A DNA stretch of 64,000 bases. It comes from Syntrophales bacterium (GTDB taxonomy: Bacteria; Desulfobacterota; Syntrophia; Syntrophales; UBA2210). Below the pieces are notes generated by a model. It worked only from the letters and a program-made list of their open reading frames with translations. It was not told the origin of the DNA and ran no database searches. The DNA is taken from positions 1,024,001 to 1,088,000 of the forward strand of contig CAXXKT010000001.1 in the NCBI GenBank assembly GCA_963662405.2. The letters are read 5' to 3'. The position numbers and the translations under genes are program-made. Shown here one piece after another: positions 1 through 9,660 of the stretch; within the stretch, counting starts at the first letter, position 1; each line of letters opens with the position of its first letter.

Positions 1-18
1 CCGCGATCAAGCCCCCTT

Positions 19-1446
19 TTATTGCTTCGCCTCCAGCAGCACCTCTTTCTTTTGCAGATACCGATACTGCTGAAAGGAAACCTCCAGGGCCCGCACGGCA
101 TCTTTGGCCGCGCCGAAGAGTGGCAGCCCCTTTTCCAGCTCCGCGACACGCAGTCTTTCCAGGGCGCTGAACGTGTACAGCGCGGCGGGCTTTTTGTGTC
201 TCCGGCAGAGATGCGTCAGGGTCTCCATCACGTCGATAACGTAATCGCGCCAGAGATTCACCATGTTCAACACGCCGTCGACCTCATCCGCCTCGAGAAG
301 AATCTTGTAGATCTCCAGATAGATGTCGGGCGGGGCGGGTCCGATGTCGACGGGATTGCCGGTATTGAAGACACCCGGCAGTCTTTTCAGTTTCGCCTTC
401 GTCTCCGCGGAAAAGGGCGCCATGATCAGATCCGTTTCCTCCAGCATGTCGGCCCCGATGGTGCCGACCCCGCCGGAATTGGTAAAGACGGCGATGCGAT
501 TTCCGGACAGGAGGGGCATTTCCGTGAAGATCTTCGGTAGGACGCACAGCTCTTCCGGCGAATGGAGTCGGATCATACCCGCCTGGCGGCAGGTGTCGTC
601 GAAGACTGCGTCGTTTTGAGCCATCCCCGCCGTGTGCGACAGGATAGCCCTGCTCCCGGCTTCGCTTCTGCCCGACTTGAAGACCAGCACCGGTTTGCGC
701 GTCCGCCGGACGGACTGCATCAGCTTTCGTCCGTCTTCCACGCCTTCGAGGTAGAGGGCGATGACCTTTGTCCGATCCGTACTGAAATAATCGATGAAAT
801 CGGCCTCGTCCAGATCCGCTTTGTTGCCCAGCGAAACCAGCTTATTGATGCCCGAGATGTCTTCCATCAGGCGCTCCGCGATCAGTGCGGCGACGCCGCC
901 GCTTTGGACGACGTACGAGACGAAGCCGGGATGCCGGATGACCAGAGGCGCAAGATGGTTTGCTCCGTATAAGGTGCTGAATCTGCTGTAGGTATCCAGA
1001 ACCCCAAGACAATTCGGGCCGAGAATGCGTATCCGGTGCAGGCGCATGGCTTCGTCGATTTCCCTTTGGAGCCGTCTCCCCTCGTCGCCCTGTTCGGCAA
1101 AGCCCGAGCTTTCGATGATGACGTTTCGAATCCCGGCCTCGCCGCACTGCCGGACAAAACCCGGAACCACAAAGGCGGGGGTAATGATCACCGCCACATC
1201 GATGGGCTCGCCGATATCTTCGAGCGTTCGGAACCCCCTGGCGCCGCATACATCCTCACCGGCGCGGTTGACGGCATACACCCGGCCGGGATAGCCGATA
1301 TCCTCGGTGAGGACTTTACAGATGGTCGCGCCCAGATTAAACGCCGCGTTGGACGCCCCGATGACTACCACGGAAGACGGATTGAAAAATGTATCCATAT
1401 CGGTGGTAACAAACTGCTTCGCCGCAACAGCATCGGACATACCCAT
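19..1446 (-). CDS. NDP-forming acyl-CoA synthetase (acetate-CoA ligase-like) alpha subunit, CoA-binding protein
   Basis: FFNPSSVVVIGAS CoA-binding start, GPNCLG, QSGG, LGNKAD, SHTAG phospho-His motif, NPVD; no ATP-grasp domain, so a beta subunit may lie off-window. Confidence 0.85.
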   Translation of the reverse strand: MGMSDAVAAKQFVTTDMDTFFNPSSVVVIGASNAAFNLGATICKVLTEDIGYPGRVYAVNRAGEDVCGARGFRTLEDIGEPIDVAVIITPAFVVPGFVRQCGEAGIRNVIIESSGFAEQGDEGRRLQREIDEAMRLHRIRILGPNCLGVLDTYSRFSTLYGANHLAPLVIRHPGFVSYVVQSGGVAALIAERLMEDISGINKLVSLGNKADLDEADFIDYFSTDRTKVIALYLEGVEDGRKLMQSVRRTRKPVLVFKSGRSEAGSRAILSHTAGMAQNDAVFDDTCRQAGMIRLHSPEELCVLPKIFTEMPLLSGNRIAVFTNSGGVGTIGADMLEETDLIMAPFSAETKAKLKRLPGVFNTGNPVDIGPAPPDIYLEIYKILLEADEVDGVLNMVNLWRDYVIDVMETLTHLCRRHKKPAALYTFSALERLRVAELEKGLPLFGAAKDAVRALEVSFQQYRYLQKKEVLLEAKQ

Positions 1447-1503
1447 GGAATGACCTCCCGCCCCTTTCTCAGCCCGGATCCAGCCTGTTCCATACCGCCT
1501 TAT

Positions 1504-1544
1504 GAGAACGTTGTTTACATAAATAAACGGTGTTTATAAGTCAA
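1504..1544 (-). promoter_or_regulatory. Putative TetR operator(s) overlapping the promoter of the acyl-CoA synthetase
   Basis: ATAAAC-GGT-GTTTAT palindrome (1523-1537), degenerate copy GAGAAC-GTT-GTTTAC (1504-1518), TTGACT -35 on the minus strand (1544-1539). Confidence 0.4.
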
Positions 1545-1579
1545 GTCATTTCTATCCCCCTGTAATGAGGCACAGGATA

Positions 1580-2185
1580 TTAAGAATGTATAAAGAGGTG
1601 CGCCAGATGGTGAGCGATTTTATGCCGGTGCTGCAGGACCTGCTCGGTGTTTTTCGCCGGATGGTTTCTGAACGTGGCCACAATGCCGGTCAACGCCGCA
1701 AACAGTGTGTGGGAGTGGTCGCGGATGTTGCCTTCCGCGTTCATTTTTTGGAAGATGATATCCAGGTGATCGAGAATCCTTCGTTCGATTACGGTGAGCT
1801 TTGCAAAAAGTCCGGGGTCCACGGCGGCGCTGAGGAAAAAATTCATCATCATCCTGAAATACTGGTCGTGATGGGTAAAGTAATCGACAAAGAGGGAAAC
1901 CGTATCTTCCAGGGCCCCGTCGGGTGACTCGTTGATGGTGGTGAATATCTTTTCAAAAATCTCGTGGGTCCCCTTCTCAAAGGTCTCGACGAACAGCGTC
2001 TGCTGATCCGGGAAATGCTGATAGATGATGGCGGGGGAGATCCCGGCGCGTCGGGCGATAGCTCTCATGGAGACGGTATCAAACGGTTTTTCCGCGAACT
2101 CCTTCTCCGCGGCATCGATAATAATATCGCGGCGGACCTTTCTCTCTTTCTCTTTCAGTTCGGACAAAACACCTCTGGTTTTCAT
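1580..2185 (-). CDS. TetR/AcrR family transcriptional regulator
   Basis: IIDAAEKEFAEKPFDTVSMRAIARRAGISPAIIYQHF HTH. Confidence 0.92.
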   Translation of the reverse strand: MKTRGVLSELKEKERKVRRDIIIDAAEKEFAEKPFDTVSMRAIARRAGISPAIIYQHFPDQQTLFVETFEKGTHEIFEKIFTTINESPDGALEDTVSLFVDYFTHHDQYFRMMMNFFLSAAVDPGLFAKLTVIERRILDHLDIIFQKMNAEGNIRDHSHTLFAALTGIVATFRNHPAKNTEQVLQHRHKIAHHLAHLFIHS

Positions 2186-2535
2186 GAGAACGCCTCAGTC
2201 CTTGTCTTGGTTTGTGTGAATGATTTCTCAGTCTTTGGAAGGTAGCATTGAAAAAAGGGAGTGTCAAATGCATAGATGTATAATTCGTGGGACACAAGCA
2301 CGCTGCTGCCTCAGACACGTTTATCGGGTTTTGTGAGGGAACGGGGGAGAGTGTGCGAAGAACGGCGAAACAGTTAAGTTGAAGCCAACACTCTCATTGC
2401 TCTTTGCCTGTTCTAACCTGATACTGCGGGATTGTTTGGTCGGGTTTAGGCAGTTCCCTTTCAACAATCCTGCAGTTTTCCCTCATTCCGGGGATCGAAT
2501 GCCATATGGCTGAGCGATGACATTATGGATCAAAT

Positions 2536-3513
2536 CACTACTGTCCCAACGTTATAATTGAAAAGTGCTATAACAATATGAAAGTAAACATTATTCAGCG
2601 AAAAATGTTATTAATCGATTTGAAATTTTCTCTTCCTGAATGTCAAACTCCTGCATCAATTAAGCAGGAGATGACATATGAACTCAGGAAAAACGATCTT
2701 TTCGCAACTAATGGAATTTTTTCCTCTCCACGAATTTCGCACATGTGTCGCGCGATACAACGGCAATTACAAAATCAAAAGCTTCTCTTGCCGGGACCAA
2801 TTTCTCTGCATGGCCTTTGCCCCGCTTACTTACCGCGAAAGCCTGAGGGATATTCAGGCATGCCTCAGGGGAACGAGACACAAACTCGACCATATGGGCA
2901 TCCGTGGGAACGTCTCCCGCAATACCCTGGCCAATGCCAGCAAGGTCAGAGACTGGCGCATCTACTGCGACTTCGCCCAGGTGCTCATCGGAAAGGCCAG
3001 GAGACTGTACTCCCACACCATCGACAAATCAACAGGGATTCAATGCGACTAAACCATTGTGCCCCAGAACTTCTATGCTCAAAAGAACTATCCGGAAAAA
3101 CTACGGAGAATCAGGTATCTCGATGTGAATACCAACAAAAGACTGGTCTTTCTCATCAACAATTTTACGCTTCCGGCAAAAACTATCGCAGAGCATCTAC
3201 CGATGCCGGTGGCACGTAGAACTCTTCTTCAAATGGATCAAACAACATCTGAGAATCAAGTCCTTTTACGGTACCTCGGAGAATGCTATAAAAACACAGA
3301 TCTGGATTGCAATTTCCGTATATGTTCTGGTAGCTATTATCAAGAAGGATTTGAAACTGGACCACAGTTTCTACACAATTTTACAGGTTTTGAGCGTCAC
3401 GCTTTTTGAAAAAGGACCAATTTTACAAGTCCGTACGAATAACGATTACATAAACCCAACCCCTGCCTCTTCTAACCAGCCGAATCTATGCGGGTAATGT
3501 TGGGACAGTAGTG
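2536..3513 (+). mobile_element. Internally deleted IS4-family insertion sequence (978 bp) with intact terminal inverted repeats
   Basis: IRL CACTACTGTCCCAACGTTA (2536-2554) and IRR TAATGTTGGGACAGTAGTG (3495-3513), 18/19 match; encloses transposase remnants; AT-richer than flanks; no clear target duplication. Confidence 0.85.
2678..3497 (+). pseudogene. IS4-family transposase pseudogene (DUF4372-type N-terminus plus DDE C-terminus)
   Basis: MNSGKTIFSQL..YRESLRDI..SRNTLANA..RDWRIY; TAA at 3050-3052 in CD*TI; +1 frameshift near 3195 before YRCRWHVELFFKWIKQHLRIKSFYGTSENAIKTQIW; central catalytic region missing. Confidence 0.85.
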
Positions 3514-3640
3514 AAACAGTATGTACAATTGATTTTGAGGTTGATCTCAGATTTTTTGCTTAGAGCCGATTTATCCCAATATTGGTGTCATACATTGTAT
3601 GCGCCCCGGATAAATCCAAATATTACTGATACTCTTTGCA

Positions 3641-3670
3641 GCATGCCCCGCGGCTTACCGCGTGGTATGC
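3641..3670. repeat. GC-rich imperfect palindrome, REP/IS200-IS605-end-like
   Basis: GCATGCCCCGCGG-CTTA-CCGCGTGGTATGC hairpin. Confidence 0.3.
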
Positions 3671-3904
3671 TGCACTCACAGATCAAAGATTTTCCCCAGT
3701 TCGCGTTGTCGTTTCCCGTGACTCACTCCTGGTTCTCCTGTCACCCTGACAATCTGCCGCGATCCACGAATGCTTGCTTCACGATATCCGTTGTGGTAAC
3801 CACCACGCTCCGCCGGGAAAAATCACGATCATCTTTTCCTGAACGACCCCGGTGGGGCTATTTCGCAGGCGTAACACGCGCATACTATGCTATAGTGGTG
3901 TACC

Positions 3905-6187
3905 ATGATACGAAACCTGTTCAGACGAAGACCCGAGGCCGAACCGATGCAATCGGATATGCATGGTTTTGAAGCGATGAAGGAGGATCTCCTGAGGATC
4001 AATACGCAGGTCTTGTCCTGTTTCGAGAAGGCCAGGACCATCCCCGGCCTGTCCAGCTTTCCCTTCGAGGCGTGGGAAAAGGTGGGGCACAACATCGAGG
4101 AACAGGTCCATGAGGATATCCTGCGGGTGGCCGTTGTGGGGGCCATTAAATCGGGGAAAAGCACCTTCGTGAACGCCCTCTTGGGCGGCGATTACCTGAA
4201 GCGCGGTGCCGGCGTGGTGACGTCGATCGTGACGAGGATTCGCAAGAGTCCTCAACTGCGGGCGGTGCTCGATTTCAAGTCCTGGGACGATATCAATGCG
4301 GATATGCAACAGGCCCTGCTCCTCTTCCCCTCTCTGGACTGGCATCCCGCCGACGGAGAGTTTGACATACGCCGCGAGGAGGATCGCCGGGAGCTGGAGG
4401 AGGCCCTGGATTCGCTGAGCGCCGAGAAGCTGGTGGCGAACGAGACCCTTGATGTGAACGGGGTCCTCCTGACCTCCTATCTGAAGGGATATGACCGGGT
4501 CGGAGAGATGATGGCGCGCGGCAAGGGGTTGCAGAAATTCGAGAGGACGAATTTCACCCACCATAAGGATTTTGTCGGCGATGATTCGCTTGCCGTTTAC
4601 CTGAAAGACCTGGAACTGGGGATACCGGCGAGCCAAATCCTCGGCGAGAATATCGAGTTAGCGGACTGCCAGGGAGTCGATTCTCTCAATCCCCTTCACC
4701 TTGCCATGATTCAGGATTATCTCCTGCGCACCCATCTGATCGTCTATATCCTGAGCAGCCGGACCGGGATCCGTCAGGCCGACATGCGGTTTCTCTCCAT
4801 CATCAAGAAGATGGGACTCATGGAGAATATCTTCTTTGTCGTCAACTGTGATTTCAACGAGCACGAAGATGTCGACGACATGCAGGGGGTGGTCGAGAGG
4901 GTCAGGGAGGAACTGTCGGTTGTCAGGCCCCGGCCGAAACTCTTCGCCTTTTCCGCGCTCTTTCATCTCCTCGAAGAGAATTCGGATCAGATATCACCAC
5001 GGGATCGGGGGCGGATGGAGCTGTGGCAGGAGGAAGAGGCTTTCGCGAATTTCTCCCGTGATGAACGGGGGCGGTTCCTGTCGACCTTGTATGACAAGCT
5101 CAGTCATGACCGGTTTACGCTCCTCCTGAAAAACCATGTGGAGCGCGTCGGGATCATCGCGGCGGGGCTCCATGACTGGTCCCGGCTGAACTACGACATC
5201 CTGACAAAAAACACGGAGGAGGCGCACGCCGCGTTAAAGCGCATAGAGACCGCCCGGGAGACACTGAAACAGCAGCAGGAGCTGATAAAGAACACGATCG
5301 ACGGCACGGCGCACAAGACCAAGCGCGAACTGGGGAAGGATGTGGACCGGTTCCTCGATGCCCGTTTCAGCGAACTGGCCAGGGACGTCAACGGCTTCGT
5401 GCGGCGATACCAGGTCGACTATCGGAAGTGCGAGGACGATCTCGAGGAGGTGGGATTCTCGACGACGCTGTACATGATCTTTCAGGAATTCAAACGCGCC
5501 CTCGACCGGTACCTGGCGGAATCGATCAATCCCCGGCTGATACAGTTTATCAGGGATGAGGAGTTCAAGATCGGCGATGTCCTCGCGAAAACGGCCGCTT
5601 CCTATGACTCCCTGGTGCGCGATGTCCTGCACAAGCACGGGGAGACCCTGCGGCACCTCGGTATTTCGTCACAGGATCATGCCGGCGACGCGATATCCCC
5701 ACCCGACCTGGAGAGCCTGAAACGGAAGGAAGGGTTCAATGCCCCCCCCCTTGTCTCCTCGTTTCGTTACACGGCGAAGATCCGGACGGAGGCGATTGTG
5801 CGCCTCGGCGTGTACAACGCCATCAATTTCGTGAAAAAGCTGATGAAGAAGACGGTTCAGGAGGGAGAAATCGTTGCGTTGAAGGACGGGGTCGCGAGGA
5901 TCAGAAAAGAGACGGAAGATTCCATCTCCTTCCACCTGACCAATTATAAGGAGAACCTCAAGTTTCAGTATCTCTACCGCTTGGTCGATACGGTCGCGAG
6001 CGATCTCTATGAAACCCTCAGAGATCGGTTCAATGTCTTTACCACCGATATGTCGGAGATGGTCGGACTGGTGGATACCAATCAGTCGGCCCGGGAAGAG
6101 ACGGTCGCAATCCTGCACGGTCTGGAGGGGGATTCGCAGGAGATCATGGAACGGATCGATCTTCTGAAAGAGCAGGTCGCGGGTTAA
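3905..6187 (+). CDS. Bacterial dynamin-like GTPase
   Basis: VAVVGAIKSGKSTFVNALLG P-loop, GVVTS, ADCQG (DxPG-like), FFVVNCD, long helical C-terminus, 760 aa. Confidence 0.85.
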   Translation: MIRNLFRRRPEAEPMQSDMHGFEAMKEDLLRINTQVLSCFEKARTIPGLSSFPFEAWEKVGHNIEEQVHEDILRVAVVGAIKSGKSTFVNALLGGDYLKRGAGVVTSIVTRIRKSPQLRAVLDFKSWDDINADMQQALLLFPSLDWHPADGEFDIRREEDRRELEEALDSLSAEKLVANETLDVNGVLLTSYLKGYDRVGEMMARGKGLQKFERTNFTHHKDFVGDDSLAVYLKDLELGIPASQILGENIELADCQGVDSLNPLHLAMIQDYLLRTHLIVYILSSRTGIRQADMRFLSIIKKMGLMENIFFVVNCDFNEHEDVDDMQGVVERVREELSVVRPRPKLFAFSALFHLLEENSDQISPRDRGRMELWQEEEAFANFSRDERGRFLSTLYDKLSHDRFTLLLKNHVERVGIIAAGLHDWSRLNYDILTKNTEEAHAALKRIETARETLKQQQELIKNTIDGTAHKTKRELGKDVDRFLDARFSELARDVNGFVRRYQVDYRKCEDDLEEVGFSTTLYMIFQEFKRALDRYLAESINPRLIQFIRDEEFKIGDVLAKTAASYDSLVRDVLHKHGETLRHLGISSQDHAGDAISPPDLESLKRKEGFNAPPLVSSFRYTAKIRTEAIVRLGVYNAINFVKKLMKKTVQEGEIVALKDGVARIRKETEDSISFHLTNYKENLKFQYLYRLVDTVASDLYETLRDRFNVFTTDMSEMVGLVDTNQSAREETVAILHGLEGDSQEIMERIDLLKEQVAG

Positions 6188-6206
6188 TAGACGGTTTGTG
6201 AAAGTC

Positions 6207-6244
6207 AGGGGCTGCACCGGAGAACGGATGCAGCCCCTTTTTTT
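6207..6244 (+). terminator. Rho-independent terminator
   Basis: AGGGGCTGCA..TGCAGCCCCT stem followed by a T run, 20 nt after the stop. Confidence 0.85.
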
Positions 6245-6256
6245 GTGTCTCAAACG

Positions 6257-7465
6257 TCATGCCGTCCCGCTCGAGGCGGAAAGGGAGGCCATGACCTTTT
6301 GTACGTACAGATCGGTCTGTGTCGCTGCCCGCTCTTCCAGGGGGACCGGGCAGTCATCCCCGAAGGCCCAGAGGATTTCTTCCAGGGCGTAATGGATCTG
6401 CATGTTCGACTTCCGGACGGGACCTCGGAGCTGCATATAGCATCCGGGGCAGTAACAGTTGAGGTCGCCGATCCCGGTCTTCATCACCTGGATCATCTTC
6501 TTTTTGACCTCTTTGACGCCTTGTCCCAGGTCGTAATTGTTGCGCAGGATGGAGACCATCCCGCAGGACAGGTTATCGAACCGATTATTCTCGAGTTCCA
6601 CGACCTCCATCCCCACCGCCTCATGCAATCCCCTGATCGCGTCCAGGAAGCCGTCTCCCAGCTCGCTGCTGTAACAGGAGTCGGTAAGGGCAACCTTCCG
6701 GTTGATCGGGCGTTCAACCCGGATTTCACCGTTCCGGTACTTATCCCAGAGCCACTCCCACACCGATACGATCTCGAAGGGGAGGGTGACGCCGTGATAG
6801 TTCGGCCAGATATTCCCCAGATAGTTGGCGCAGGAGCCGCAGTAGCAGACCAGGCGCTCGGTGTCGAGCTGTTCGAGCAACCCCTTAGTCCGCTCGACGG
6901 TCTCGCTGAAGGTCTGATAGTCCCCGAACCGGTGCGCCAGTTCGCCGCAACACGCGCTCCGGGGGGCGTATTTCGCAAGGCCCTCGAAGACGCGGGAATG
7001 TTCTATGCCGGAGGGGATCTGCCGTCCCATACAGCCGACAAAGAGGACCTCGGGACTTTTCGGAGGGACGATCTCCCATGTGTCCAGGATTTCCTGCTCC
7101 TCTTTCGTTTCCGCGTTATAGACATCAGAGAATATGCTGGAATCGGTCTTCCCGTTCATCTGGTAGTCGATGTATGGCGGGATGCCCGTGCCCGTCCGGC
7201 GATTCTTTTCCACGGCCCGCTCCATGATGAGGGAGTACGGCTTCAACCCGTGAGGACAGTACTTGTTGCAGCCGAAACAGAAGGTACACTCCGTGAGGAC
7301 CCGTTCGGTCTCTTCTCCTCTGAGGAGCCTTCCCATTTCCGCGCGGGCCTCCTCTTTGTCCATCTGCATCACGGGGCAGACCTGCAGGCACAGGCCGCAT
7401 GTTTCACACACCTTCTCGCTTTTTCCCTCCGGATCGAACGCGTCGATAAAGCTCTTTGCCGTCAT
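6257..7465 (-). CDS. Fe-S oxidoreductase, HdrD/GlpC-like (2x[4Fe-4S] plus CCG domains)
   Basis: CETCGLCLQVCP, CTFCFGCNKYCP, SACCG, YCGSC, DSC, LSCG, YCPGC. Confidence 0.85.
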   Translation of the reverse strand: MTAKSFIDAFDPEGKSEKVCETCGLCLQVCPVMQMDKEEARAEMGRLLRGEETERVLTECTFCFGCNKYCPHGLKPYSLIMERAVEKNRRTGTGIPPYIDYQMNGKTDSSIFSDVYNAETKEEQEILDTWEIVPPKSPEVLFVGCMGRQIPSGIEHSRVFEGLAKYAPRSACCGELAHRFGDYQTFSETVERTKGLLEQLDTERLVCYCGSCANYLGNIWPNYHGVTLPFEIVSVWEWLWDKYRNGEIRVERPINRKVALTDSCYSSELGDGFLDAIRGLHEAVGMEVVELENNRFDNLSCGMVSILRNNYDLGQGVKEVKKKMIQVMKTGIGDLNCYCPGCYMQLRGPVRKSNMQIHYALEEILWAFGDDCPVPLEERAATQTDLYVQKVMASLSASSGTA

Positions 7466-7733
7466 CTTCTCCCCCCTTGGTTTTTTTGTTTGAATGCAGG
7501 CTGGTCATTGAACCTGATACAGTCATGACGCTGCCGGTGTGACTGAGCACATTCCTTCGTTTACTCATACCCGGGCGGATGCCTGATTGCCATCCATGCC
7601 GGGATTTCCATAACCGACGTTTTGAACATATCAGAAGGCCTGATATTCCAGTCAAAAATAAAGATACTGAATAAGAAGTCGATTTTTGTCAAGCCAAAAG
7701 GTTGCTGCGGTGATATGGATGTGTTGTGTTCCC

Positions 7734-8951
7734 TCATAACCTCATTAAGCTGTTCGTCAGTACCTGCATGGTCTGGGCAAATTGGCTGTGAGGGTGTGAT
7801 ATCATCATGGGGGTGAGAGACCGTACGCTGTTCTCTATCTCGATCTGCTGGGGAAGCGAACCAAGATAGGGAAGATTGATCGATAGCATCTTCTGTGAGA
7901 CATCCTGCAGACGTTTCACGACCTGGGGGGCATCGCATCGGCTGCTCACTCGATTAATAAGCAGCCGCGGTTTGAAATCATCGATCACCTCTTGGATCAG
8001 GCCGATTTGCTGAGGGTAATGTCTCCTGATTTCCATCATGAGACGGTTGATTTGTATCATGTTTAAATGATTCGATGATTTCGTAAATTTTTCGATAAAC
8101 TGTTCCAGGGGAATGTCTCTCTTATCTTTCCATGCCGATTCAGCCCCAAAGATCCTGTCGAGTTTTCTCAACAGGGCGACCTTGATGAAATTGTAGGCAT
8201 CAAGATAAGAGGCGGGGTCACAGGTTGTCAGGACAACCCCCTGATCCGCCATGAGGAAAAAATCGACAACGTTGAATGAGGTGTCTCCCCCTAAATCCAG
8301 GATGATGTAATCGGCCTTCAGTTCCTTTATCGCTTTCACCAGTTTGAGCTTCCGGGTGAAACCGATGTTGGCCGTTCCCAGCTGTGAGCTGTCACCGCCG
8401 ATCAGCGAAGGCCCATAGGCGGTCGGCACGAGGATTTTCTCGAGGGTAGGTGCTCGTTTGTTCAGATAATCATTGATGTTCCATTGCAGGTATGTCTTGC
8501 CGAGATACAAGTGGAGGTTTGCGCCGCCGAGATCCAGATCGACAACCACCGTTCTTTTGCCGCATGCGGCGAGATAAACCGCGAGATTGGCACTGAATAC
8601 GCTCTTGCCGATTCCCCCCTTCGCACCGCCAACGGCAATGATCCGGGCCCGTGGCCTGATCGTTGCCCCGGGAGATGCATCGGTTGCCGGGACGTGTGAA
8701 CGCAATACCCGATACGCCTGTTCTATCTTGACAAATCGCTCCTTTCTCTTCTCAATCTCATCGGGGTCCGCACTGTGATAGTGATCAGGGTGGTATCGTT
8801 TTGCCTTGATCCTGAATGCCGATTGTATCTTGGACAGGTCGAGGCTTGAGATGAATGCATCGTCCTTTGCATGGTCAATTGAAAAAAGATATGCCGAAGC
8901 CACTCGTATCTGCTGGAGCTCAGTTGTAGCCAGATCGTTTATGGATATCAT
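7734..8951 (-). CDS. J-domain (DnaJ) fused to a MinD/FlhG-type P-loop ATPase
   Basis: IQSAFRIKAKRYHPD..ERFVKIEQAYRVL J-domain; GGAKGGIGKS deviant Walker A, DLDLGGANL, DYIILDLG. Confidence 0.85.
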   Translation of the reverse strand: MISINDLATTELQQIRVASAYLFSIDHAKDDAFISSLDLSKIQSAFRIKAKRYHPDHYHSADPDEIEKRKERFVKIEQAYRVLRSHVPATDASPGATIRPRARIIAVGGAKGGIGKSVFSANLAVYLAACGKRTVVVDLDLGGANLHLYLGKTYLQWNINDYLNKRAPTLEKILVPTAYGPSLIGGDSSQLGTANIGFTRKLKLVKAIKELKADYIILDLGGDTSFNVVDFFLMADQGVVLTTCDPASYLDAYNFIKVALLRKLDRIFGAESAWKDKRDIPLEQFIEKFTKSSNHLNMIQINRLMMEIRRHYPQQIGLIQEVIDDFKPRLLINRVSSRCDAPQVVKRLQDVSQKMLSINLPYLGSLPQQIEIENSVRSLTPMMISHPHSQFAQTMQVLTNSLMRL

Positions 8952-9660
8952 GATTCTCGAACCGTACCTCGTATAAAATCGGGTTATATAACCCTTATAT
9001 CGGTCGGCGTTCGGAGAACATTAACATTTTTTTGTGATGGTAACCCCTCCGATGAAAACCGATTTTGGTTTCTTCCGTACCCATGCCGTGTGCCATAGAC
9101 GGAGAAAACTTTTTTCGTAACGACCAGAGAATAATCAGTATGACCGCCGTTTTTACGAGACAAAAATCACTTGACAACCGACGGGATATGCGGTACGGGG
9201 GCCGCGATTAGAAAGGATGGTAGCCGATAACATTTCATCCCCTGCCCGGGCGCCCTTCCGGCTCCGCGCGTTTGTTCTTGTGATGTCCTGACTGCTTTCC
9301 ATCCTACCGTGAAGTCGAGGTATCCTGATGGAATTTTTTGCATTGCCAACTACCCCCCCTGACATTTCTTGCGTGTTTTTGTTCCTGATGTTTTTTACCA
9401 TGTTGGAAGAGTCGTTGTGGCAGTAAGGGGTTCGAACCCCGGCATATTTGTTACAAAAGCTGTTTGTATAGAGGTCTCAAAACACATCGCCGCCGATCTT
9501 TTCCCTGCATTCCGCAGGGATGTCACGGTGCTGGTGTCTTTTTGGATCATACCGTCGGCTTGTTTCGATCGATCCTCACAGTGTCACAGAAGAATACACG
9601 GATGCGTGGCCTCCGGGGTCTCGTCCCCGTCCTGCAGGGGATGGTGTACGTCTGTTGGAT

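Noticed and set aside
2578..3972. ORFs 2578-3219 and 3511-3972 as real genes
   Set aside because: The first is an off-frame reading of the transposase remnant; the second is motif-less intergenic sequence overlapping the dynamin start.
9415..9445. GGGGTTCGAACCCC palindrome resembling a tRNA T-arm or att remnant
   Set aside because: No cloverleaf, no CCA end, no matching partner repeat and no integrase.
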